64,000 nucleotides of DNA from Jatrophihabitans sp. (GTDB lineage: Bacteria > Actinomycetota > Actinomycetes > Mycobacteriales > Jatrophihabitantaceae). Below are positions 36,404 to 43,943 of this stretch, piece after piece. The DNA is taken from positions 133 through 64,132 of the forward strand of contig DATFHF010000014.1 of NCBI GenBank assembly GCA_035248685.1, given 5' to 3'. Made by a program: the position numbers and the translations under genes. The notes beneath the pieces are model-generated. The model searched no databases. It had not been told where the DNA came from and saw only the letters and a program-made list of their open reading frames with translations. Position 1 is the first letter of the stretch; the number at the start of each line of letters is the position of its first letter.

Positions 36404-37408
36404 ATGGCGAATGCGATCACCGAAGACCGTGCACTGCGCTGGGGATTCCTCGGCGCCGGTGGCATCGCCGGCAAGCTCGCCCAGGATCTAGCACGCTCGC
36501 CGTCCAACGTGCTGGCCGCAGTGGCCGCCCGCTCCGGTGAACGGGCCCACGCCTTCGCGCAGCAGCACGGTGCCGAACGGTCCTACGCCGACTACCGGGC
36601 GGTCGTGGAGGACCCGGACGTCGATGTGGTTTACATCGCCACCACCCACCCGTACCACCGCGAGCAGGCGCTGCTGGCGATCGAAGCGGGCAAGCCGGTG
36701 CTGGTCGAAAAGCCGGTGTGCCTGAATGCGGCCGATACCCGGCAGGTGTTCGACGCGGCGACGGCCGCCGGTGTGTTCGCGATGGAAGCCATGTGGATGC
36801 GCACCAATCCACTGATCCGCACCGCCCAACAGCTCATCGCCGACGGGGTAATCGGCGACATCCGCTCGGTGCGCGCCGAGATGTCGCTCGGCCTGCCGTA
36901 CGACCCGTCCCACCGGCTCTACGACCTGGCCAACGGCGGTGGCGCGCTGCTGGATCTCGGCATCTACCCGATCACCTTCGCCTGGATCTTCCTCGGCAAA
37001 CCCGACGAGATCAGCTGGTGGGGTGAAGTCGGTGCCAGCGGCTCGGACGAGACGGTTGCCGTGCAGTGCCGGTGGGCCGACGGCGCGCTCGGGCAACTGT
37101 GGTGCTCGGCACCGATCCCCGGCCCGTACCGCGGCCTGATCCAGGGCACCGACGGCTGGATCCGTACCGAGGGCCGGTTCCACCGACCTAGCGGCTTGAC
37201 CGTGACAACCCGGGACGGCCAGTACACGCTGCCCGACCCGCTCGACCCGCAACTACCCGGCTACCTTCCGCAGATCGAGGAGGTCGAGCGGTGCCTGCGC
37301 ACCGGCCAGCTGACCAGCGAACTGGTGCCGCCGGGCGAGTCGATCGCGGTGATGGAACTGCTCGATGAGATCCGAACAGATTTGGGTGTCCGCTATCCCG
37401 GCGAATAG
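36404..37408 (+). CDS. Gfo/Idh/MocA family oxidoreductase
   Basis: LRWGFLGAGGIAGKLAQDL Rossmann N-terminus, and EKPVCLNAADTRQV (the EKP motif). Confidence 0.85.
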   Translation: MANAITEDRALRWGFLGAGGIAGKLAQDLARSPSNVLAAVAARSGERAHAFAQQHGAERSYADYRAVVEDPDVDVVYIATTHPYHREQALLAIEAGKPVLVEKPVCLNAADTRQVFDAATAAGVFAMEAMWMRTNPLIRTAQQLIADGVIGDIRSVRAEMSLGLPYDPSHRLYDLANGGGALLDLGIYPITFAWIFLGKPDEISWWGEVGASGSDETVAVQCRWADGALGQLWCSAPIPGPYRGLIQGTDGWIRTEGRFHRPSGLTVTTRDGQYTLPDPLDPQLPGYLPQIEEVERCLRTGQLTSELVPPGESIAVMELLDEIRTDLGVRYPGE

Positions 37409-37419
37409 GTGAACAGGAA

Positions 37420-37596
37420 ATGTACTTTACCGATAGGGGTATTGAAGAACTGCAAGACCGGCGCGGGGACGAGGAGGTCAGCGTGGCATGGCTCGCCGAG
37501 CGGCTACGTACCTTCGTCGACCTCAATCCCGAGTTCGAGACCGCGGTCGACCGATTCGCGACCTGGCTGGCCAGAGCCGACGACGAGGACGACTAA
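37420..37596 (+). CDS. small conserved actinobacterial protein (DUF6104-like), 58 aa
   Basis: ATG 37420 gives MYFTDRGIEELQDRRGDEEVSVAWLAERLRTFVDLNPEFETAVDRFATWLARADDEDD. It is below the ORF-track size cut-off and matches a small protein family I recall from Streptomyces and mycobacteria. The listed overlapping ORF 37409..37804 looks spurious. Confidence 0.7.
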   Translation: MYFTDRGIEELQDRRGDEEVSVAWLAERLRTFVDLNPEFETAVDRFATWLARADDEDD

Positions 37597-37599
37597 ACC

Positions 37600-38268
37600 T
37601 CAGTCCGGCACGGACCGGCGGTTGATCGGCACGCCGGGAATCGCCAGCAGACCCAGCGACAACTGGCTGAGCGGGCCGATGCCGACCGCGAACAGCACCG
37701 TACCCAACCCGACGCTGCCGCCGAGCAGCCAACCCACGGTCAGCACGGTCAGCTCCAGCAGGGTCCGGGTCAGCCGGATCGACAGCCCGGTGCGCGCGGC
37801 GTAACCGGTCATCAGCCCGTCCCGCGGGCCCGGTCCGAGCCCGGCCGAGATGTACATGCCGGTGGCGATCCCGCACAGCACAATGCCGCCCACCAGCACC
37901 CCCAGCTGCGCGGGCATGACGTGCTGGGCCGGCAGCAGCCGCAACGCCTGGTTCATCGCCAGGCCGAGCACCACCACGTTGCTCACCGTGCCGAGGCCCG
38001 GGCGCTGCGGCAGCGGGATCCACAACAGCAGCACCAGCGCGCCGACCACGACCGACACCGTGCCCATGGCATGCCCGGTCCGCTCGGCGATGCCCTGGTG
38101 GAAGACATCCCAGGGATCCAGCCCGAGCCGAGCTCGCACCATCATGGCTGCCGAGATCCCGTACAGCACCAGGCCGAGATACAGCTGCACCAGCCGACGG
38201 GACCAGGTCAGCACCGGCCGGCGCTGATCGCAGAACGGTGGCTCGATGGCGTGCGATACAGCTGACAT
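37600..38268 (-). CDS. YczE/YitT-like integral membrane protein
   Basis: Start at ATG 38268 (MSAVSHAIEP). LVQLYLGLVLYGISAAMMVRARLGLDPWDVFHQG and GLGPGPRDGLM are typical of YczE-type proteins. It is divergent from a MocR-type regulator. Confidence 0.75.
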   Translation of the reverse strand: MSAVSHAIEPPFCDQRRPVLTWSRRLVQLYLGLVLYGISAAMMVRARLGLDPWDVFHQGIAERTGHAMGTVSVVVGALVLLLWIPLPQRPGLGTVSNVVVLGLAMNQALRLLPAQHVMPAQLGVLVGGIVLCGIATGMYISAGLGPGPRDGLMTGYAARTGLSIRLTRTLLELTVLTVGWLLGGSVGLGTVLFAVGIGPLSQLSLGLLAIPGVPINRRSVPD

Positions 38269-38292
38269 GACCCGAGCATGCCGGGCCAGCCG

Positions 38293-38336
38293 GGCCAATT
38301 CACAGGGCCAATCTGAGCCTGGTGGCCTGATTGGCC
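38293..38336. promoter_or_regulatory. candidate MocR operator (GGCCAAT repeats)
   Basis: GGCCAAT occurs at 38293 and 38306 (direct repeats, 13-bp period), with the inverted ATTGGCC at 38330. All lie in the 114-nt divergent intergenic region. Confidence 0.4.
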
Positions 38337-38382
38337 TGGCATAAGCTAGCCAGAGCAGGCCACTTGCCGGTTTAATCGATCC

Positions 38383-39840
38383 ATGCCCGCCTCGCATCGG
38401 CTTGGACCTCGCGCGCTCACCGGGCTGCTGCCTGACCTGGCCGAGCTGGCCAGCCCGCGTTACCGATCGATCGCCGATGCCATCGCGGCCCTGCTACTGG
38501 ACGGCCGGATCCCGCCCGGTGCGGCGCTGCCGTCCGAGCGGAGCCTGGCCAACGCGCTCGGGGTCAGCCGGTCCACTACCACGGCGGTCTATCACCAACT
38601 GGCCACTGACGGGCTGCTGCTGCGCCGGCGCGGCTCGGGCAGCCAGCTTCGGCTGCCGCCCGGAACCACCGTGTCCGGGCCTGGCACCCGAATTCGTCGA
38701 GGCGGCGCGGCGGTACTCGACCTGTCCATCGCAGCCTCACCCGGCGTACCCGCCGAACTGCCACCGGCGGTCGCCTGGGCGGCCGAGGCGCTTGCCGGCT
38801 ACCACGATGAGATCGGCTATCAGCCCTATGGAATAAGGCCTTTGCGCGAGCTCATCGCCGGCCGGTACACCGAGCGCGGGGTACCCACCAGCGCCGAGCA
38901 GATCCTGGTAACCAACGGCGCCCAGCACGCCTTCGACCTGATCCTGCGGCTGATGCTGCACCCGGGTGACCGGGTGCTCACCGAGCTACCGACCTACCCG
39001 GGCGCCCTGGACGCGATCCGGTCGCACGGCGGGCGAGTGCTTGCGGTGCCGTTCGCGACCGACGGTGGTTGGGACCTGCCGGCGTTGGCCGGCACCTTCG
39101 TCCAAAGCTCGCCCCGGCTGGCCATGCTGATCCCGGACTTCAACAACCCGACCGGACGGCTCATCGGCACCGAGCAGCGAGCGGCCGCACTGTCGGCGGC
39201 CCGACGCTCCGGCAGCACCGTGGTGGTGGACGAATCCTTCGTGGATCTGGACCTTCGAGATCCGGCCGGATCGGTGACACCCGCACCGATGTCGGCCTTG
39301 GATCCCGGCGTCTTCAGCATCGGGTCGGTGTCCAAGCCGATCTGGGCCGGAGTGCGAATCGGCTGGATTCGCGCCGACGCCGACACAGTGTCCAGGCTGG
39401 CGGTGGTACGAGCGCGGTCGGACATGGGCGGCTCGCTGCTGGACCAGCTGACCGTGCTGAGGCTGCTCAGCAACTACCAGCCGATCCTGGACCGGCGCCG
39501 GGCCGAACTGCGTGAGCGCCGGGCGGCGCTGCTCTCCGCGCTGGCAACCGAGCTCCCGGCCTGGCAGGCCACCCGGCCGGACGGCGGCCTGTCGACCTGG
39601 GTCCGGCTGGATGCGCCGGCGGCGACCGCGCTGACGCATCTGCTGGAACAGCGCGGCATCCTGATCACGCCCGGTTCCCGGTTCACCGTCGACGCCAGCC
39701 TGGAGCGCTACCTGCGCATCCCGTTCGCGCTGCCCGCCGAGCTGCTGGTGGAGGCGGTCGGCAGGCTGGCCCAAGCCTGGTCCGACCTGGACCAGCACCG
39801 GGTCCGCCGCCCGGAGTCGCGCGCGCTAGTGCCCGCCTGA
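38383..39840 (+). CDS. MocR/GabR-type regulator (GntR HTH fused to a PLP aminotransferase-like domain)
   Basis: The N-terminus LPSERSLANALGVSRSTTTAVYHQLATDGLLLRRRGSGS is a GntR wHTH, followed by a fold-type-I aminotransferase domain (SVSKPIWAGVRIGW carries the lysine). Confidence 0.85.
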   Translation: MPASHRLGPRALTGLLPDLAELASPRYRSIADAIAALLLDGRIPPGAALPSERSLANALGVSRSTTTAVYHQLATDGLLLRRRGSGSQLRLPPGTTVSGPGTRIRRGGAAVLDLSIAASPGVPAELPPAVAWAAEALAGYHDEIGYQPYGIRPLRELIAGRYTERGVPTSAEQILVTNGAQHAFDLILRLMLHPGDRVLTELPTYPGALDAIRSHGGRVLAVPFATDGGWDLPALAGTFVQSSPRLAMLIPDFNNPTGRLIGTEQRAAALSAARRSGSTVVVDESFVDLDLRDPAGSVTPAPMSALDPGVFSIGSVSKPIWAGVRIGWIRADADTVSRLAVVRARSDMGGSLLDQLTVLRLLSNYQPILDRRRAELRERRAALLSALATELPAWQATRPDGGLSTWVRLDAPAATALTHLLEQRGILITPGSRFTVDASLERYLRIPFALPAELLVEAVGRLAQAWSDLDQHRVRRPESRALVPA

Positions 39841-39914
39841 GAACTGTCCTGACAAGTGGAAGGTTTACCGCGCTATGGCGGCAGAACTTTCCACTCGTTG
39901 GCGATGGTGTGCCG

Positions 39915-41117
39915 TCAGTGGCTGGCGATGCCCTCGGCGCGAGCCTGCTCGGCCACCGCCAGCCGGACCGCCGGCGCGACGCGCTCGTCGAACGGCGTCG
40001 GCACGATCCGGCCCGGCGCCAGTTCGTCGGCCACCACCGCTCCGATGGCGCTGGCCGCGGCGAACTTCATGCCCTCGGTGATCCGAGTCGCACCGGCGTC
40101 GAAGGCACCGGCGAAAACGCCTGGAAACGCAAGCACGTTGTTGATCTGGTTGGGCAGATCGCTGCGACCGGTGGCGACCACGGTGGCGTAGCGGTGCGCC
40201 ACCGCCGGCTCGACCTCTGGGTTCGGGTTGGCCAGCGCGAAGATGATCGAGCCGGGGGCCATGCCAGCCACCGCCTCCTCCCCCACCACGCCGGCGCTCA
40301 GTCCGATAAAGACGTCGGCGCCGACCATCGCGGCCGCCAGCGAACCGGTCAGGCCGCGCCGGTTGGTGCCGGCCGCCAGTTCCTGTTTGATCGGGTTCAG
40401 ATCGTTCCGGCTCGGGTGCAGGATGCCGCGGGAATCGGCCACCGCCAGATCTCCGACGCCGGCGGCCAACAGGATCCTGGCGCAGGCCACCCCGGCCGCG
40501 CCGGCACCGGAGATCACCACCCGCAGATCGGCCAGGTTCCGCCCGGTGACGGTAGCGGCGTTGCGCAGCGCGGCCAGTACCACGATCGCGGTGCCGTGCT
40601 GGTCGTCGTGGAAGACCGGGATGTCCAGCAGCTCACGCAGTCGCTGCTCGATCTCGAAGCACCGTGGCGCGGAGATGTCCTCCAGGTTGATGCCGCCGAA
40701 GGACGGGGCGATCCGCACGACGGTCTCGATGATCTGCTCGGTGTCGGTGGTGTCGAGCACGATCGGCACCGAGTTCAGGCCGGCGAACTCGGCGAACAGC
40801 GCGCTCTTGCCCTCCATCACCGGCAGCGCGGCCGCCGGGCCGATATTGCCCAGGCCGAGTACCGCGGTGCCATCGCTGACCACCGCAACCAGCCGGGAGC
40901 GCCAGGTGTAGTCGGCGGCCAGTTCCGGCTGGCGGGCGATGGCCGCCGACACCTCGGCCACCCCTGGTGTGTAGGCCAGCGACAGCGCGTCCCGGTCGGT
41001 CAGCGCCATCGTGCTGGCGACCGTCAACTTGCCGCCCTCATGTGCCTTGAACACCGGGCTGGACCGGTCAAACATCGGCTCTGTCACGCGTGCTCCAACG
41101 ATCGACGAACTGGCCAT
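39915..41117 (-). CDS. NAD(P)-dependent malic enzyme
   Basis: [55 protein letters not shown]: canonical short-form malic enzyme motifs. Confidence 0.9.
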   Translation of the reverse strand: MASSSIVGARVTEPMFDRSSPVFKAHEGGKLTVASTMALTDRDALSLAYTPGVAEVSAAIARQPELAADYTWRSRLVAVVSDGTAVLGLGNIGPAAALPVMEGKSALFAEFAGLNSVPIVLDTTDTEQIIETVVRIAPSFGGINLEDISAPRCFEIEQRLRELLDIPVFHDDQHGTAIVVLAALRNAATVTGRNLADLRVVISGAGAAGVACARILLAAGVGDLAVADSRGILHPSRNDLNPIKQELAAGTNRRGLTGSLAAAMVGADVFIGLSAGVVGEEAVAGMAPGSIIFALANPNPEVEPAVAHRYATVVATGRSDLPNQINNVLAFPGVFAGAFDAGATRITEGMKFAAASAIGAVVADELAPGRIVPTPFDERVAPAVRLAVAEQARAEGIASH

Positions 41118-41180
41118 CGCGAGCGTAGCTATGCCGGTTAAGTGCGGGCACTTCTTCGCTGCCAGGTTCGTCCGGAGTGC

Positions 41181-41540
41181 TCAGAGTTCGGGTGCGGCCG
41201 CGGGCCGCCGGCCGCACCATCGGGACCACCGGCTACGGGCCAGGCCGGCGCCGCGGCACCACTGCCAGATTGCGACCGCCTGCACGTCGGCCGGGCCGTA
41301 CTGGCGAGAGTCCGACCCGGCCCCGGGGTTGTCGCTGGACAGCAGCCAGCCATCGGCGGTTTCGGCCACCGCTCGCTTGAGCACCACCAGATCGGGACGA
41401 CTGCGGAACCTGGCCAGCACGATCAGGCCGGGACGCACCCGCGCCCCGTGCCGCACCAGCAGCCAGTCGCCGGGCAGCAACGTGGGGGTCATCGAGTTGC
41501 CGGCAACCCGTACCCGTTGCCAGCCGATCAGGGCCTGCAC
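41181..41540 (-). CDS. sodX: S26-family signal-peptidase-like Ni-SOD maturation protease
   Basis: VAGNSMTPTLLPGDWLLV (catalytic Ser motif) and ..VLKRAV.. It is divergent from sodN, as in Streptomyces. Confidence 0.8.
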   Translation of the reverse strand: MQALIGWQRVRVAGNSMTPTLLPGDWLLVRHGARVRPGLIVLARFRSRPDLVVLKRAVAETADGWLLSSDNPGAGSDSRQYGPADVQAVAIWQWCRGAGLARSRWSRWCGRRPAAAPEL

Positions 41541-41639
41541 AGCCGATCATGCTGCCGCAACCGCGGACTCGGGCCGGGAGTAGGGTCGAAACCCAGTGCA
41601 CCGTCCGTGGTAATTGTCTCGTCCAGACTGGAGGAAACC

Positions 41640-42038
41640 ATGCGCCTGATGCGTCGTCCGATCACCGCATCCGCTCACTGCGACCTGCCGTGCGGGGTCT
41701 ACGACCCGGCCCAGGCTCGGATCGAGGCCGAATCGGTCAAGGCGATCCAGGAGAAGTATCAAGGCAACGAGGATCCGGCCTTCCGCACCCGGGCGATCCT
41801 GATCAAGGAGCAGCGAGCCGAACTCGTCAAGCACCACCTGTGGGTGCTCTGGACCGACTACTTCAAGCCGCCGCACTTCGAGAAGTACCCGCAGCTGCAC
41901 GAGCTGTTCAACAAGGCCACCAAGCAGGCCGGTGCCGCTGGCGGCAAGGGCTCGATGGATCCGGCGGACGGGCAGAAGCTGCTGGACCTGATCGCCGAGA
42001 TCGACACCATCTTCTGGGAGACCAAGAAGGCCGCCTGA
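41640..42038 (+). CDS. sodN: nickel-containing superoxide dismutase precursor
   Basis: ATG 41640 follows GGAGGAAACC. MRLMRRPITASA|HCDLPCGVYDPAQARIEAESV.. carries the Ni-hook HCDLPCG after a short pro-peptide. Confidence 0.95.
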   Translation: MRLMRRPITASAHCDLPCGVYDPAQARIEAESVKAIQEKYQGNEDPAFRTRAILIKEQRAELVKHHLWVLWTDYFKPPHFEKYPQLHELFNKATKQAGAAGGKGSMDPADGQKLLDLIAEIDTIFWETKKAA

Positions 42039-42073
42039 CGGGCGGAGTGGTCGGTAAACGCTGGCTTACCTGC

Positions 42074-42097
42074 CTACGGCCATTCGACATTGCGCAT
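42074..42097 (-). CDS. candidate mini-ORF A: MRNVEWP*
   Basis: ATG CGC AAT GTC GAA TGG CCG TAG on the minus strand. GGAGGTGA at 42104-42111 lies 6 nt upstream of the ATG. Confidence 0.45.
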   Translation of the reverse strand: MRNVEWP

Positions 42098-42111
42098 GTG
42101 AACTCACCTCC
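42074..42111. repeat. left arm of a 38-nt inverted repeat (SD + mini-ORF module)
   Basis: The reverse complement is identical to 43369-43406 at 35 of 38 positions. The differences are confined to codon 4 and the stop codon. Confidence 0.9.
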
Positions 42112-42211
42112 TCGGGCTGGCTGCCGATGATCGTGATCAGCCATCTGCACCGCGAGACGCATGTGACGAAGGTTGCTCTGGAGTGGCTGCCGCGAGCCTC
42201 CGCCTAGGTGG

Positions 42212-43336
42212 TCAGATCTCCGGTCGGAGCGGGTCAGGCGCAGCTTCCCTGGCGACCAGCTCGGCTTCGCAGATCGCTAGCAGGTCGTCGAGCCGATAGC
42301 CATCGCGGGGCTTGCCGGCAGCCGCGACGTTGCCGACGATGCCCTTAGTACGCAGTGCAGTCCGCAATCTCGCGGCCAGCGCATCGGCGCTGAGGGCTGG
42401 GCAGTCCACCAGCAGCATGCCGAGGCCGTCCGTTCCGAGGTAGCCGATGGCGTCGCAGCCAGCTTGCATCCGAGCTACCGCGCTGACCGCGACCGGATCC
42501 GCGGTGGTTATCCGGATGATGGATACGACGGGCAGCGCGGCAATTACCTCGGTCGCCGCGATCATCCAAGAGTCCTGCCCCATTGGGCGCACGAGAGCGT
42601 CGTCGGCCACAACTCGAAGACGAGTTCGGGTGATAGTGCGCTGAAGCCCGATCGCAGCCGGCAACGACAGCCACACCAGCATTCCAAGCCTGGCGTTGAC
42701 TACGAAGACGACGCCTACAGCTATGGCGAGGCAGCAGGCCTCCACTTGGTATGGACCCGGCTGCAACAGAGCCCGCGCTACCGACCGCTCGCCGGCAGCG
42801 AGCATCACGGCACCGACCGCGACCACGTGCGTGGCCGTGTAGAGCAGGGCCGCTACCGCAACCGCGGGCCACCAACCATCACCCGCTCCGGAATTGATCA
42901 CTGCGTGCGTGGCCGTCGCTGCCAGCACGGCTGCGGCGCTGCTGTAGACGTGTCGGTAGAGGTGCGCCCTACTGGCAACTTTTCGAGCGGGCCACTCGGC
43001 GACGGCACCCATTACAGCGACGATCCACGCCAGCGGAAGGGGAAGCATAACGGCCGCAGCGAAGCCCCATATCGCCAGCAAATTGCGGTATGTGATCGCT
43101 TCCGCGCCTTGGTGCAACGCGCGGCGCAGCCGCTCGACGCCACAGGTAAAGGCCGAATACGCAATACTCAGGGTGCCCAGCGCAAGGGTCAGCTCGATAT
43201 CCGAACGGCTGACCGGGTGCCAGAACAGCGCCGGGGCGACAGCGGCCGACAAGTCCACCGCCAGGATCAGCGCGATCGCAACAGGCGGTAGCCGCCAGAC
43301 CGGCCACTTTGCCGCTGCTCGGAGCACTGGTAGCAA
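42212..43336 (-). CDS. polytopic membrane protein with degenerate GGDEF-like C-terminal domain
   Basis: About 7-8 hydrophobic helices, then a cytoplasmic tail GCDAIGYLGTDGLGMLLVD..ALSADALAARLRTAL..LDDLLAICEAELVAREA. The tail resembles the second half of a GGDEF domain with GGDEF replaced by GTDGL. The start is TTG 43336 or GTG 43327. Confidence 0.65.
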   Translation of the reverse strand: MLPVLRAAAKWPVWRLPPVAIALILAVDLSAAVAPALFWHPVSRSDIELTLALGTLSIAYSAFTCGVERLRRALHQGAEAITYRNLLAIWGFAAAVMLPLPLAWIVAVMGAVAEWPARKVASRAHLYRHVYSSAAAVLAATATHAVINSGAGDGWWPAVAVAALLYTATHVVAVGAVMLAAGERSVARALLQPGPYQVEACCLAIAVGVVFVVNARLGMLVWLSLPAAIGLQRTITRTRLRVVADDALVRPMGQDSWMIAATEVIAALPVVSIIRITTADPVAVSAVARMQAGCDAIGYLGTDGLGMLLVDCPALSADALAARLRTALRTKGIVGNVAAAGKPRDGYRLDDLLAICEAELVAREAAPDPLRPEI

Positions 43337-43368
43337 CCCCTCTACAGACTGCTACTGCTGGGACGACG

Positions 43369-43406
43369 GGAGGTGAGTTCACATGCGCAATACCGAATGG
43401 CCGTAA
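43369..43406. repeat. right arm of a 38-nt inverted repeat (SD + mini-ORF module)
   Basis: GGAGGTGAGTTCACATGCGCAATACCGAATGGCCGTAA; see the left arm. Confidence 0.9.
43383..43406 (+). CDS. candidate mini-ORF B: MRNTEWP*
   Basis: ATG CGC AAT ACC GAA TGG CCG TAA. GGAGGTGA at 43369-43376 lies 6 nt upstream. Confidence 0.45.
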   Translation: MRNTEWP

Positions 43407-43496
43407 GCCGGCCGAGATGCCTTGTCGTGTTAGTCACGAACTGTACATAGCGCGATGCTGGCTGTCACGCCCATCGGCAAGCGCAACTGCTTGGTG

Positions 43497-43530
43497 CTAC
43501 CCCGGCCGGTTTCAGGCTCGGCCGGGGTAG
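43497..43530 (+). terminator. strong GC-rich hairpin (terminator-like, no U-tract)
   Basis: Perfect 12-bp stem CTACCCCGGCCG / CGGCCGGGGTAG with a 10-nt loop, about 90 nt downstream of mini-ORF B. Confidence 0.45.
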
Positions 43531-43824
43531 CGCCGGGAGCTGACCCTCATGTTGAGCGCACTCATTGTGGTAGCGGTGCCAAACATCGAAGGGAAGACTT
43601 GACCGCTGCAATTCGGTCCGCAAGGAGTTCACGAAACCCCGCAGGCCATCGTCCTACACCGGTGCACATCAGTCGCTCGCCCAGCAAATACGGGGCTAGA
43701 GCGCTCTAGGATCGAAATACAGAGACCGCAGAATGCCGCCCGTACTGGGAGACCAAGAAACTGCCTAGCGTCCGAGCCACTTCGACTGCTTGCCACCGTC
43801 AGGCCGCGATCGGAGGTGACATGG

Positions 43825-43848
43825 ATGCGTAATTACGAGTGGCCGTAG
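43825..43848 (+). CDS. candidate mini-ORF C: MRNYEWP*
   Basis: ATG CGT AAT TAC GAG TGG CCG TAG. GGAGGTGA at 43812-43819 lies 5 nt upstream. Confidence 0.45.
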   Translation: MRNYEWP

Positions 43849-43943
43849 GCCGCCACATCCCGGGAGGGCAGTACGAGGACGATCGCGTTATACATCTTTC
43901 TGCGGATGGCTACTACACGGACACGATCGGAGGTGACCCGAGA

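Noticed and set aside
43508-43530. GGTTT..GGGGTAG within the hairpin, considered as a SigF-type promoter (GTTT-N15-17-GGGTAT) for the downstream operon.
   Set aside because: The spacer is only about 12 nt and the elements are the two arms of the hairpin. No convincing SigF promoter was found upstream of 44080 or 44731.
43455-43709. 84-aa ORF on the plus strand between mini-ORFs B and C.
   Set aside because: Its composition is not protein-like (Arg/Ser/Pro/Ala-rich), there is no RBS, and it spans the 12-bp hairpin. It is more likely non-coding.
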